DNA of 64,000 nucleotides from Candidatus Thorarchaeota archaeon (GCA_003345545.1 PRDH01000044.1:96001-160000); one strand, 5' to 3'. Shown: positions 9,086 through 19,515, numbered from the stretch's first letter. Notes: generated from the sequence alone by a model not told the origin. Translations and numbers: made by a program.

Positions 9086-9640
9086 ATGGAGAAGATGATC
9101 TCAGCAGTTGACAAGAAAGCAAGTATGCGCAATCTGGCTGTATTCACCGCCATGAGTCTAGGTATCATGCTAGTCATGTTCTACGTGACACAGATACTGG
9201 TCTACGATGTCTATGGCGAATTCGTCATGCCAGACCTCCGGCTTTCATACAGCATCCTGGATATTCAGACAATCTTCTCACTAGTAGGTCAAGAGGGCAT
9301 GATTGCTTGGGAACAGGTTCACCTGCTTGATTACATACTTCCACTGGCCTACTCACTTGCCATAGCCTTTGGAATCATGTACGAGTTGGGAAGAACGTAT
9401 CCTGAGAGAAACGGTCTGAAGAAACTAGTATTGATCCCGCTTCTTGGATGTATCATGGACTACCTAGAGAACTTGCTCATTCTCTCTCAAATCCTTTCAT
9501 ACCCCAATCTCTCAGAGCCCATCATTATGCTTGCGAGCATTTTCACAACTATGAAATGGATTTCCATGGCCCTAGGTTTCGCTGCAATCTTGGGTTTCTT
9601 TGTGGTCATAGTATACAGGAGAATCTCATCTCGTCAGTAG
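9086..9640 (+). CDS. Membrane protein (4 TM), conserved hypothetical
   Basis: PDLRLSYS, LDYILPLAY, DYLEN motifs typical of a widespread membrane family. Confidence 0.75.
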   Translation: MEKMISAVDKKASMRNLAVFTAMSLGIMLVMFYVTQILVYDVYGEFVMPDLRLSYSILDIQTIFSLVGQEGMIAWEQVHLLDYILPLAYSLAIAFGIMYELGRTYPERNGLKKLVLIPLLGCIMDYLENLLILSQILSYPNLSEPIIMLASIFTTMKWISMALGFAAILGFFVVIVYRRISSRQ

Positions 9641-9865
9641 TTGAACGAAAGAGCTCTCTCTGTAATGGAGCGACGGGGGACGCCATTTCAGCAGGGACAT
9701 TGGCTTGTATACTGCTGAGAAGGAAGATTTCACTTCAGAGATGAGAGGAAGGGCCGTTTCAAAGTCCAGAAAGCATAACACAGGATGAACACTAATCACT
9801 ACTTTCTTAATACGTAAACATTATACGCTGCAAGACACCGGCCTCGCCAGTCTGGAGCAGATGCA

Positions 9866-11044
9866 ATGTTCGAGGAACAGGGAATGGACAGGGACAAGAT
9901 TCTGGAGATCCTTGACACGCTTTTAGCGAATGATGCCACATATCAGACAGGACGTCCTGTCGCATCCATGTCAACAATACCCCATAGAATAGGTTCAGAG
10001 GTCTTCTCAAAGACACTTGAGAAGAATGCAGGTCGGCTTCATACTTTCAAGGGCTCTGGCAGAGTAGAACAGGAGGTCATTGCGATGATTGGAAACCTCC
10101 TCAACTTGAATACACCCTTTGGCACAACGACTTCGGGTGGGACAGAGTCGAATATACTGGCAATGTTAGCTGCCAGGGAGTCATCGAAGAAGATAACCAG
10201 ACCAGAGATCATTGCACCAAGAACCATCCACTTCTCAGTAGACAAGGCTGCATGGTTGCTCGGAGTCAAGTTGATCAAGACATCTGTCGACAAAGAATAT
10301 CGTGCGATACCGAGGGCAGTGGAGTCCAAAATCACGAAGAATACGGTCGGGATGTTTTGTACAGCGGGTACGACTTACCTCGGACAAGTAGATCCTATCG
10401 ATGAACTGGGCAAAATTGCGCACGACCACGGACTCCCACTTCATGTTGATGCTGCCTTTGGAGCGTTTGTCTTGCCGTTCCTCAAAGATCTTCATGAAAC
10501 AGATATCGAGTTCGATTTCAAAGTGAACGGAGTCACAAGCATCAGCTCTGACCCACACAAGATGGGTCTTGCACCCATTCCTGCAGGGTGTATCATCTTC
10601 AGGGAGCAGCAGTCTCTAAAGGCTATTACCCGGAAAGTGCCATACCTTCAGGGGGCGAGTTCAAAGCAAGCCACCATCCTCGGGACCAGACCAGCGGCAT
10701 CCATTTTGGCAACCTGGGCCGTTATGAAACATCTAGGCAGAGAAGGATATCGAGAAACAGTGAAAGAGTGCATGAGAAGGACACGTATTGCAAAAGATCG
10801 CATCAACAGGAATCCTTTGCTCAGGAGTGCAATAGAGCCTGTCATCAACATCATTGGAATCAAGAGTAAGGAAGTAGCATTGGACACACTTGTGCTCAGA
10901 TTAGAAGCCAAGGGTTGGAGTGTATCTACATCCCCATTTCCGCCAACTCTGAGACTTATCGTGATGCCACATGTGACTGAGGGGGCTCTCAACGCGTTTC
11001 TGAACGATCTCGATGAGGCGGCTACGACGATACCTGCGGAGTAG
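9866..11044 (+). CDS. mfnA: PLP-dependent L-tyrosine/L-aspartate decarboxylase
   Basis: TSGGTESN, HFSVDKAA, HVDAAFG, SDPHKMGLAPIPAG, GTRP. Confidence 0.9.
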   Translation: MFEEQGMDRDKILEILDTLLANDATYQTGRPVASMSTIPHRIGSEVFSKTLEKNAGRLHTFKGSGRVEQEVIAMIGNLLNLNTPFGTTTSGGTESNILAMLAARESSKKITRPEIIAPRTIHFSVDKAAWLLGVKLIKTSVDKEYRAIPRAVESKITKNTVGMFCTAGTTYLGQVDPIDELGKIAHDHGLPLHVDAAFGAFVLPFLKDLHETDIEFDFKVNGVTSISSDPHKMGLAPIPAGCIIFREQQSLKAITRKVPYLQGASSKQATILGTRPAASILATWAVMKHLGREGYRETVKECMRRTRIAKDRINRNPLLRSAIEPVINIIGIKSKEVALDTLVLRLEAKGWSVSTSPFPPTLRLIVMPHVTEGALNAFLNDLDEAATTIPAE

Positions 11045-11052
11045 AATGATCG

Positions 11053-11397
11053 CTACGCGGACTTGATGGATTCCAACTCCTCTTCTAACCCGATAATGCG
11101 CTCATTGAGCTCGAGCATAGTGTTCAACAAAAGAGAAACAAGATAGCCATAGTTGACCACGTACTTGTTCTCCTTTCGGTCGATTATGTTTGCTTCCTCG
11201 AGTCTCCGTGCCGCGTTCGTTATGGACTGCTTCGAAACTTTTCGCTCATTAACAAGTTGGTCGACAGTCTTTCTGACTTCTCTGGGCTCAACAGGTTCGC
11301 CTTTCAGACTGTTGAGAAGGCTATGGAGAACCATTAGACCAGCACTCATCCGTGGATTGGCAAGTTTCACAAAGGCAACATCAAGATCAAGTACCAT
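11053..11397 (-). CDS. Winged-helix protein with C-terminal coiled coil
   Basis: VSKQSITNAARRLEEANIIDR wHTH pattern and a heptad tail. Confidence 0.65.
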   Translation of the reverse strand: MVLDLDVAFVKLANPRMSAGLMVLHSLLNSLKGEPVEPREVRKTVDQLVNERKVSKQSITNAARRLEEANIIDRKENKYVVNYGYLVSLLLNTMLELNERIIGLEEELESIKSA

Positions 11398-11587
11398 GCA
11401 TTCGCTCCTACACGCAGGTTCGTGTGGATGTGGTAAACGCTTGGTCCGTGAAAAAGATTATCCTTAGCTATTGAAGCCCCTGAGGCCTCTTGGTACAAGT
11501 GAAAAAGAGTAAACGTTTACCATACTTGCGGATATTACAAAAGAAACATATGATGGTAGACAAGTCATTCTGTGAGTGTGACTCGTA

Positions 11588-12262
11588 GTGGTTGCTGACA
11601 TGGATCGGATTGTCTTCGTTTCCGTGATTCATACGGATTTGGAGAGTGTTGAACACGCACGACAGGTTGTTCGCGATACAAGACCTGACGTCGTAGCAGT
11701 TGAGCTCGACCACGACCGATATCAACAACTCGTCAATCCTCCTGATATCCGGACTGGCAACCTTCCTCCTATGACAGGGAACAGCGCTCAAGACCTTATG
11801 CAGCAACTGGCAGTCCTAGAGAAGAGTCTTGGAGAGATGACTGGGTCGAATATTGGAGATGAGATGCTCGCAGCCATTGAAGAAGGTCGTGCTGTCGGAG
11901 CGAAGATTGCGCTGGTCGACAGGCCAATGCAGGTAACGATTCAGGCAATGATGAAAGTTCCACTTAGTGAGCTCTATGGACTGACAAATATCTTGCCAGA
12001 AGCAACAAAGGACATCGAGGGCAGTGGAGCCTCGCATATGTTGGAGATGCTCAAGGAGGAGGGAGCTGTCGAGGATATTATGAAGCAGTTCCAGATTGAA
12101 TTTCCAGGTCTCGCCCGGGTCTTGATTGAAGAGAGGGACCTGTATGTTGCTAAGGCACTCCGCTTCATCCTCAATGATGTGAAAGGCAACATCGTGGTCG
12201 TACTTGGAGCGGGGCACGTACAAGGAGTCAAAGCAGCCTTGGATAGACTCTGCGCGTCCTAG
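11588..12262 (+). CDS. TraB/GumN-domain protein
   Basis: PDVVAVELD, EMLAAIEE, LVDRP, LIEERD, VVVLGAGHVQG. Confidence 0.9.
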   Translation: MVADMDRIVFVSVIHTDLESVEHARQVVRDTRPDVVAVELDHDRYQQLVNPPDIRTGNLPPMTGNSAQDLMQQLAVLEKSLGEMTGSNIGDEMLAAIEEGRAVGAKIALVDRPMQVTIQAMMKVPLSELYGLTNILPEATKDIEGSGASHMLEMLKEEGAVEDIMKQFQIEFPGLARVLIEERDLYVAKALRFILNDVKGNIVVVLGAGHVQGVKAALDRLCAS

Positions 12263-12924
12263 AAACCCAGAGCCTTCAGGAGATTGTCGACACCGTCTCC
12301 TGTCTTCGAACTCACTCTGAATACCGGCAAATCAGCATCTACTTCGCGAATATCCCTTACAAGTGCATCTACATCGAACTCCAGAATGTCAGCTAGATCA
12401 ATTTTGTTGATGACAACCATATCGGCTCGCTTGATAGTCAGAGGATGTTTTCTTACCATGTAAGGCCCTTCGGTCACACTGACAACGACTATCTTCTTGT
12501 CAGCACCGAGAGAGTATCCTGCTGGACAAATCAGATTGCCAACATTCTCAATGAATACGACATCGTACTTCGAGAGATCTACATCATCGAGGGCAACACG
12601 GATCATTCTTGCATCAAGATGACATGCAGTCCCGGTATTGATTTGGACTGTGTCGATTTCATGAGACCCGACCCGATCTGCATCAATAGTGGTTGCGAGG
12701 TCGCCGGCCACCATCAGGATTTGACGTCTTCCACGTAGACGGTCACAGAGAGCCTCTATTAGCTGAGTCTTCCCGGTTCCAACTGAGCCCATTATGTCGA
12801 GGACAACCAGCCCGTGCTCTCTGAACTTCTTCTTGTTCAATGCAGCAGCGTCCTCATTTGCGCCGAAAAGATCCTTTCGTATGTCTATTCCCACAGTCTT
12901 GTGCTTCTTAGGTGATCCAGTCAT
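12259..12924 (-). CDS. hypB: Hydrogenase nickel-incorporation GTPase
   Basis: GSVGTGKT, QINTGTACHLDA, ENVGNLICP, NKID. Confidence 0.93.
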   Translation of the reverse strand: MTGSPKKHKTVGIDIRKDLFGANEDAAALNKKKFREHGLVVLDIMGSVGTGKTQLIEALCDRLRGRRQILMVAGDLATTIDADRVGSHEIDTVQINTGTACHLDARMIRVALDDVDLSKYDVVFIENVGNLICPAGYSLGADKKIVVVSVTEGPYMVRKHPLTIKRADMVVINKIDLADILEFDVDALVRDIREVDADLPVFRVSSKTGDGVDNLLKALGF

Positions 12925-12930
12925 ATTGAA

Positions 12931-13506
12931 TTACGCCTCTTTTCTGTCTAATTCCTCAGTTTTCATTTCAGAGTAGATGTAAGGTCCCACAATGGGACGG
13001 ATAATCTTCTTCTCCACTACAAGAGCCATGGCAGCCCAAAGGAAAGCCTGAATCATATCGATCGTAGCCGCTATCAGATTGACGACAAGAGAATCCACAA
13101 GTGACGAGAACACGGTCATGGTCGGGATGAAACCACCGATGATTCCACTACCCAGTAACACCAATGCGTAGTATCTCATGGTGTCACGCCTGACGAAATA
13201 AATGACACAACCAGATCCAACGCCAAGGCAGATGTTCCCGAACATAGGAAGAAGTGGTACTTCTGAACCAGATAGAGCGCCTGATGCTCCGACTATTGCT
13301 CCAACTGTGATACCTCCTGGTAGTCCACCAACAATGCCTCCTAAGAGTGAGAACATGAAACCAGGTGTCAGAACAACTGCATTGGGTATCACAGGTATCT
13401 GGACTGTATATCGAACGACAATGCCGAGAGCCGCTATGACAGCTAGGGTCGTGAGTGCCACAGTGTTTCGTCTAACAGGTAAGAAGGTCATGGGCTCTCT
13501 CCTCAA
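12931..13506 (-). CDS. ECF transporter S-component-like membrane protein
   Basis: About 6 TMs; A..AAL start and LLGGIVGGLPGGITVGAIVG pattern. Confidence 0.65.
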   Translation of the reverse strand: MRREPMTFLPVRRNTVALTTLAVIAALGIVVRYTVQIPVIPNAVVLTPGFMFSLLGGIVGGLPGGITVGAIVGASGALSGSEVPLLPMFGNICLGVGSGCVIYFVRRDTMRYYALVLLGSGIIGGFIPTMTVFSSLVDSLVVNLIAATIDMIQAFLWAAMALVVEKKIIRPIVGPYIYSEMKTEELDRKEA

Positions 13507-13518
13507 TTGCCGGATTGA

Positions 13519-13893
13519 CTAGAGCGTCTGCGTCCAGCTCTCCAACAAGAACCTTCTGGTTGCCTTGTACCAGTCCTCCAGTCGGGCAAGAATCTGTTCT
13601 TTGACTGCCTCTGCGGATGTTGCAGTATACTCGAAGAAATATCCACCGCGTTCTATTCGGTGTGATTCACGGTCTACGAGTCCCTTAGAGTGGAGTCTAT
13701 TCAGAACTCTCTGGACAGAACTTCTATCCTTCCCAATCCTCTCTGCAATCTGCTCAACTGTCTTCGATCCAGATATTAGTGAGAAATAGACATCGAGTTC
13801 GCTATTCCTGAGACCAAATGCACAGCAAAGGAGGTCGGACGGCTTCTCAAAGCTCTTTTGAAACAGACCCACCAGAGGATTCGACGCGTTCAT
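13519..13893 (-). CDS. TrmB-like HTH transcriptional regulator with a CC motif
   Basis: LLCCAFGL..SELDVYFSL, TVEQIAERIGKDRSSVQRVLNRL, GGYFFEY. Start set at MNASN. Confidence 0.85.
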   Translation of the reverse strand: MNASNPLVGLFQKSFEKPSDLLCCAFGLRNSELDVYFSLISGSKTVEQIAERIGKDRSSVQRVLNRLHSKGLVDRESHRIERGGYFFEYTATSAEAVKEQILARLEDWYKATRRFLLESWTQTL

Positions 13894-14010
13894 TGTAGTT
13901 CGAAAGGGGGAAATTTCAAGATAAGGGTTGTGCAAAGACTGTGCACAGACGGTCGTGATAATACTTCGGTTCAAAAGGTCTTGATTCATCTCCCAGATGG
14001 TGCACCTCAC

Positions 14011-14466
14011 TTGGAATTCAATTCATATCGGGACGACCGCGAAGATGACCAGTGGACACGAAGAGAGATTCCTGAAAGGCGCATTCAACCAGTCAATCTT
14101 GCACCCTTGAAGGGTGCGATAGAGGCGGATCCCGTCAGGTCGAGAGTTCTGAAAGTCCTGGTTGAGGACGGATCGTGGGTCACCACAGCGGACCTACTCA
14201 GGGCAGCCAGGCAGGAGAGAGCCATTGTTGGGGCAGTCACAATCGGGACTATCCTCAACGGCCTCAATGAGCTCGTATCATCGAGGCTCATCATCAGTAG
14301 GACATCACTCACGTCTGGCATTGATTGGGCAGAGTGGCGAATCAATCCGGATTGGCTTGAGCCTACTCGAAAGCTGCTGCAGATGCTAAATCGTCCCAAG
14401 TTTCAATCAGCAAGCTCTGAAGACTTTGTAGGAAAGGCAGAGCGACTACTCAGTGACACAACCTAA
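14011..14466 (+). CDS. Hypothetical winged-helix protein
   Basis: DPVRSRVLKVL...WVTTADLL...EWRINP resembles an ArsR-like wHTH. Start uncertain; the ORF opens at 13858. Confidence 0.55.
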   Translation: MEFNSYRDDREDDQWTRREIPERRIQPVNLAPLKGAIEADPVRSRVLKVLVEDGSWVTTADLLRAARQERAIVGAVTIGTILNGLNELVSSRLIISRTSLTSGIDWAEWRINPDWLEPTRKLLQMLNRPKFQSASSEDFVGKAERLLSDTT

Positions 14467-14497
14467 TATTCACTCATTATTGAGTAGTTAATAGAGA

Positions 14498-15187
14498 ATG
14501 GGTATATTAATAAAGAAGGTATCAAGTCAGAGGCCTATGGTAGATGCCAAAGTCGATGAATTCTCAGATACTGGTGCGGAGAGGTCGGCAGCTGATTCCG
14601 AACTCGAACTCACTAAATCTGTAGAAACCAGTGAACGCACGAAGAAAATCGCTGTCGGAGCTGTGCTGGCGGCATTGTCCGTAGCTGTGGCACCATCAGT
14701 AGGATTCATAGCTCGAATGGCGGGATGGGGCATAGCACTTTTCGACCATGTCTCTTTGTTCTGGATGGTATCGTTTGTGATAGGAGGGCCGTTAGTTGGT
14801 GCAATCAGCCTAGTAGCCGGTGCAATGGCCTTGTTCCCCTTTGATCCGTTTGCTCCGTTTGGCCCGATTTTCAAACTGGTGGCTACATTTCCAATGATGG
14901 CGATTCCATGGTTCGGTGTTCATCGATTAAGGAAGGAGATAGGAGGAGAGGCGCTGTCCAAACGAAGGTTCTATGCTACACTCATGGTGATAGCATTTCT
15001 TGTTCGCATGGCATTGATGATACCTATCAATCTCGTCTATGCGTCCATATTTATTCCCGATTGGGAAGTCAGCTATATTCTAACATTCGTAATAATACTG
15101 AACTCATTTCAGAGTTTCTGGGATGCCACGATTCCGTTTATCATTGTACATTCAACGGGAGTGTTCAAGTATTTCAAAATGTGGTAG
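14498..15187 (+). CDS. ECF transporter S-component-like membrane protein
   Basis: TKKIAVGAVLAALS, D..SLFW..SF..GGP..G, FKLVAT; about 6 TMs. Confidence 0.7.
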   Translation: MGILIKKVSSQRPMVDAKVDEFSDTGAERSAADSELELTKSVETSERTKKIAVGAVLAALSVAVAPSVGFIARMAGWGIALFDHVSLFWMVSFVIGGPLVGAISLVAGAMALFPFDPFAPFGPIFKLVATFPMMAIPWFGVHRLRKEIGGEALSKRRFYATLMVIAFLVRMALMIPINLVYASIFIPDWEVSYILTFVIILNSFQSFWDATIPFIIVHSTGVFKYFKMW

Positions 15188-15280
15188 GTAGAACAGGTAT
15201 AGAACAACCGGCATTCGCTTAAATAGACACAGGCAATATTGAGGGTCAGAGATAACCCGCTCTATGTTGGTGTTTGGGTT

Positions 15281-16120
15281 ATGGTACGACGCTGTGAGTT
15301 CTGTGATAGCCCAGTTCCAGCTGATGCTACGGTATGCCCAGTCTGTAGAGAGAATATTGCTGAAGAATCAGTAGAAAGACTCCTTCCTCTACTGAAACGG
15401 CCAGAACGCAAAGAAGTCCGGTTCATGAGCATCCGTGAACGGTTGTGGGGTGTTTTACGAAGACCATCAGCAACATACCGTGATATTGGTCAGAGACCGG
15501 ACGCAGCAGGACCATTCATCATCATCATAATGAATGCTGTTGTTATGATGGGACTGTTCCTGGGATTATCTTCCAAGGTAAATACCCTAGTCGTCTTGAA
15601 TGGGACTTCTGGTGAGACTGCAGAGGTCAGTGTCTTGCTCAGTCAAAGCGGGTTATCATTCGGTCTAGCAGCGATAGTTGGAATAATGCCAGGGATAATG
15701 CTGGGCATTATCTATCTCATCATTGGGACAGCCTTTGCTCATTTCGCATTCAAGTTGACCGGTGGCTCGGGAGGAAGGATGAAGACACTATCAATTGTCG
15801 GATACAGCATATTTCCAGTTGTTCTCATTCGCCTCTTGTCAATTCTCATGATTTTCATTCTGGTTCCGTCCTATCCGACTCTTGTGGATCTCAGCAACCC
15901 ATCTTCTATCTCGGCAATTGCGCAGAGCCTTGTGACTTGGGCGTATGATTTGAACATCTGGCGGATAATCGACGTGATGACGACAGGAGCAATGGTTTGG
16001 ACAGGCTTTCTGCTGATTTTTGGCATTAGAGAGGCTCACAACACTTCAACGAAGTGGGCTGTCGTTGTTGCCATCATTTGCACGATTATCTTGGGATGGA
16101 CATTTTGGCAGGTACACTAG
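15281..16120 (+). CDS. Yip1-domain membrane protein with N-terminal zinc ribbon
   Basis: CEFC...CPVC, GVLRRPSATYRDI, GGSG...TLSIVGYS..P, GIREAHN; about 5 TMs. Confidence 0.8.
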   Translation: MVRRCEFCDSPVPADATVCPVCRENIAEESVERLLPLLKRPERKEVRFMSIRERLWGVLRRPSATYRDIGQRPDAAGPFIIIIMNAVVMMGLFLGLSSKVNTLVVLNGTSGETAEVSVLLSQSGLSFGLAAIVGIMPGIMLGIIYLIIGTAFAHFAFKLTGGSGGRMKTLSIVGYSIFPVVLIRLLSILMIFILVPSYPTLVDLSNPSSISAIAQSLVTWAYDLNIWRIIDVMTTGAMVWTGFLLIFGIREAHNTSTKWAVVVAIICTIILGWTFWQVH

Positions 16121-16124
16121 GTGC

Positions 16125-17075
16125 TCAGAGATAGATCACAAAGAGCGGGATTATGACAAAGGCAATCAGACCAACGAGTGCCCCTACTTTGTCAAGAGTG
16201 CTGGCGAGTATCAGGCGCTTTCTATTCGCAGGACCTGTCAGTGGTAGGACTCCTGCGGCCATAACGATACTGTCACCTAAAAACAACAGCGGCCAGAGGG
16301 TAATGTCTGCATATCCCCATATCCAGATGAGTGTATAACTGAGGACCCCGAGGAAGTTAAGCACTCCTGCTACAACGGCAGCAGGCAAATAGCCATAGAC
16401 TCTAGCTATTGTTCGGACGTTACGAACATTATCACCTTCGACATCCTCCGCTCCTTTGATGGTTTCCCGAGCCTGCAGGATCAGAAATGCGGTGAAGAAG
16501 AACAGCCATGCTGGTATTGGAATCGGATTGACGGTGAGCGTCCCAAGTACCTCTGCATATGCAACAGACCCGTAGATCACGCCGAAGGCGAATGAGAAAG
16601 CCACCATGAAGTTGCCGGCTATTCCCAGAATCTTCACTTTGGCAGCATAGGTATACCCAATGATCTCGAAACAGAGTACGATGACCGCACTAATGGGGCG
16701 ACTTGGCAACCATGCAAAGACAACACCAAGGATGCTGAGCAGAGCAACAAACCTCCACGCCTGCCGAACAGTAAGTCGACCACTGGGTAGTGCTCTATGA
16801 GGTCTATTGATCTTGTCAACCTCGATATCGTAGATGTCGTTTACTACATTGCCTCCAGCTGCCACAACGAAATATGTAATGTATCCATAGACGAAGAGGT
16901 GTAGGAGAGAGGAAAGTCCAGGGCCCATGTTTCCCCATTGCGTACTATATGCTATGGCAATCCCAGCAATGACAGTGAGTCCACCGATAATGCAATTCTG
17001 CGGTCGAATAATCGACACAAAGGCGCCAAGGTCAATTCCGCGGGATTGTTCAGTTTCTGCCATTCTACTCTCCAT
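16125..17075 (-). CDS. UbiA-family prenyltransferase, probable digeranylgeranylglyceryl phosphate synthase
   Basis: IIRPQN, NDIYDIEVDKINRPHRALPSG, RETIKGAEDVEGD. Confidence 0.9.
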   Translation of the reverse strand: MESRMAETEQSRGIDLGAFVSIIRPQNCIIGGLTVIAGIAIAYSTQWGNMGPGLSSLLHLFVYGYITYFVVAAGGNVVNDIYDIEVDKINRPHRALPSGRLTVRQAWRFVALLSILGVVFAWLPSRPISAVIVLCFEIIGYTYAAKVKILGIAGNFMVAFSFAFGVIYGSVAYAEVLGTLTVNPIPIPAWLFFFTAFLILQARETIKGAEDVEGDNVRNVRTIARVYGYLPAAVVAGVLNFLGVLSYTLIWIWGYADITLWPLLFLGDSIVMAAGVLPLTGPANRKRLILASTLDKVGALVGLIAFVIIPLFVIYL

Positions 17076-17182
17076 CCAGTATCTATGACGGACGATGGTG
17101 CAGATTAAAGACTTGTGGGCAGTTGTATAAAGACCAAATCACTGATATTCTGGGCTGGAGTTCTGATAGGAGAAGATTCACG

Positions 17183-17329
17183 ATGACTCGAAACTTACCG
17201 AGAGGCCAACTGCTCAAGTTGATCTGTATCTATACAAGGACTTGGCCGGCCATGGACTGTGCCTATCTCGTGGCTCTTGAGAAGAAGTATGGAATAGATG
17301 TCGCCATTGAAATGGACAAGGAGGAATGA
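17183..17329 (+). pseudogene. Truncated N-terminal remnant of a DUF6125-like protein
   Basis: LLKLI...TWPAMD.AY..ALEKKYGIDVAIEMD resembles the N-terminus of that family but stops after 48 aa. Confidence 0.45.
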
Positions 17330-18182
17330 TGTCCTGCAAAAAGCTCTCTTTGGACCTGCAGGCTATCCTGACACCGCGCGGGGAAGCCTGAAGAGAGTCT
17401 TCAAGATACTTGTGGATGCAGGAGCAACCGCCTTGGAATATGCGGCAGTCTACGGATTGCAGGCATCGGAAGGCAAGGCAAAACAAATCGGCGACCTTGC
17501 CCGACAGAGCGGAATCATGATGAGTATGCACGAAGCATATTATATCAATTTCGCATCCAAGGACCCCAAAATACGGGAGAAATCAAGACAGCGGTTAATC
17601 CATGCCCTCAGGTTCTCACCGTTGATGAGTGTGAAACGAATTGTGTTTCATCCTGGCACACAGGGCGGCATGATCCCGGCAGAGGCACATATCGTTGTGA
17701 GGGATGCCTTGAGAAGTGTCTGGGAAGAAGCTGGACGACGAGGTAGAGGAGCATTTCTGGCACCCGAAATAGCCGGCAAGATAGTCATGTACGGTTCGGT
17801 CGACCAGATCATAGCACTCTGCCACGATGTGGAAGGGTGCATTCCTACGATTGACTGGGCGCACCTGTACGCACGAAGCCAGGGCAAGATAAACGATAGA
17901 GAGAGCTATCTGAAGATTCTGGCGCAGTTCGAGAACGCACTTGGTAGTCTGTTTGTGGACAATATGCACTTTCACATTAGCGGAATCACATTCACTGAGA
18001 AGGGAGAGGTATCTCATCAACCATGCGGCGAAGAGTGGGGCCCTGACCTCCACCCGATGATGGAGATCGTGCACGAGCTTGGTTACAAGCCTACTTTCAT
18101 ATGCGAATCGCCAAATCCTCTTCAAGGAGCTTTGTTTGCCAAGTTCTTATTCGAACAGATAGAGATGGGAAGAAATGAATGA
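17298..18182 (+). CDS. Endonuclease IV-like TIM-barrel protein
   Basis: FGPAG, H..YYIN, VFHPG, APE..GK, IDWAHLYAR, HFHISGI, ICESP. Confidence 0.88.
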   Translation: MSPLKWTRRNDVLQKALFGPAGYPDTARGSLKRVFKILVDAGATALEYAAVYGLQASEGKAKQIGDLARQSGIMMSMHEAYYINFASKDPKIREKSRQRLIHALRFSPLMSVKRIVFHPGTQGGMIPAEAHIVVRDALRSVWEEAGRRGRGAFLAPEIAGKIVMYGSVDQIIALCHDVEGCIPTIDWAHLYARSQGKINDRESYLKILAQFENALGSLFVDNMHFHISGITFTEKGEVSHQPCGEEWGPDLHPMMEIVHELGYKPTFICESPNPLQGALFAKFLFEQIEMGRNE

Positions 18183-19515
18183 ATATGCCTTCGTACTGGG
18201 CTCGAACTGGTTGCTCAGCATAGCAGAACTCCTGGCACACGTACAGGACAGAGGCCTTGGAGTCACCCTCGTAGATCACTCGAGGCATATCGCTATCCTA
18301 GATGTGAAGGAGAAACTAGACAACAACCAAATCGTCGATATCCAGAGTTCACTAGGAGGGTGCTACAAGACTGGTCGAGTAATCTATAGATACGATATTG
18401 ATGTTGTTAGGAACGCGTTTCCCGTTGATGGCAAACTCACAAAGGAAGACCGTGATGAACTCATAAAGATGCCATGGCTCCCCAGGGTGTGGCAGAATCC
18501 GAGGGCGAAGAAGATCAAGTTTGGAGTAAGCACATATCCTGAGTTCGATGGCAGGTCTGCCATTCAGTACAGAAGATTCACGCGAACGATGGATGAACAA
18601 ATCAAGAGTGCCCTGATCGAAAAAGGAGCAAGGAAGGTCGATTATTTTGCCTATGACAAACCAGACAAGCGAGTGACCGAGAGAATGAACCTCGCACTCT
18701 GGCCAAAGTCAATTGCTGAGAACAATCTTCTCTTTCCCCCGAACAGCGAGATTCTTGCGGCATTCACCGCGAAGTACCTGTACTTTGCCAGAACGCTTGT
18801 CGTCTACGATTCTGCTCTCCAACAATATCGCGATGAATCACGACCATACATATCTTCTGAGATAAGTACAAGTCCAAAGATCTGCAGAACTCTGTTGAAC
18901 CTGGCAGGAGCAAGACCAGGAGATACTGTACTTGACCCGTTCTGCGGAACAGGCACACTTCTCATGGAAGCTGCCATGCTTGGAATGAAGGTCATAGGTG
19001 TAGACATTGAAAGTAACCAGGTCCAAGGCACAAAATCGAACCTAATCTGGTTCGGAAAGGACGCTGGGCAGCGAGTGGATTTTGAGGTAATTCGAGGAGA
19101 CGCTAGAGAGCTCTCAAAGCTCGTAAAGAAACGAGTTGATGCGATTGCATTCGAGCCTAGTCTAGGTCCAATCTACTCGAAGCCGCCTAAGAGAGGCGAT
19201 GTAGAGGCCAGCGTAAGAGAACTGACGGAGTTGTATCGTACAGTGCTGACCCAGGCCGCAGAGATATTACATCCAGAAGGCCGTGTTGCCATGACCATTC
19301 CTGTCATTGTCACAGACGGGGGTACGACTTCGATAGAGGTCAGAGAGATGCTCAAAGGAACAGGATTCGAAGTCTATAAGCTACTTCCTTCGGGGTTGAT
19401 TCAGAGCAGAAGTGAGGGTGACAAGAGACTGCGAATCAATCCAGATAGAGACCTTCTTCCAGAGCGTAAGAGAGGGCAGTTCGTTCAACGAGCTCTCATT
19501 GCACTAACGAAGTAA
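18175..19515 (+). CDS. Trm11-like SAM-dependent RNA methyltransferase
   Basis: STSPKICRTLLNLA, VLDPFCGTGTLLMEA, GVDI, GDAREL, EPSLGP. Confidence 0.8.
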   Translation: MNEYAFVLGSNWLLSIAELLAHVQDRGLGVTLVDHSRHIAILDVKEKLDNNQIVDIQSSLGGCYKTGRVIYRYDIDVVRNAFPVDGKLTKEDRDELIKMPWLPRVWQNPRAKKIKFGVSTYPEFDGRSAIQYRRFTRTMDEQIKSALIEKGARKVDYFAYDKPDKRVTERMNLALWPKSIAENNLLFPPNSEILAAFTAKYLYFARTLVVYDSALQQYRDESRPYISSEISTSPKICRTLLNLAGARPGDTVLDPFCGTGTLLMEAAMLGMKVIGVDIESNQVQGTKSNLIWFGKDAGQRVDFEVIRGDARELSKLVKKRVDAIAFEPSLGPIYSKPPKRGDVEASVRELTELYRTVLTQAAEILHPEGRVAMTIPVIVTDGGTTSIEVREMLKGTGFEVYKLLPSGLIQSRSEGDKRLRINPDRDLLPERKRGQFVQRALIALTK

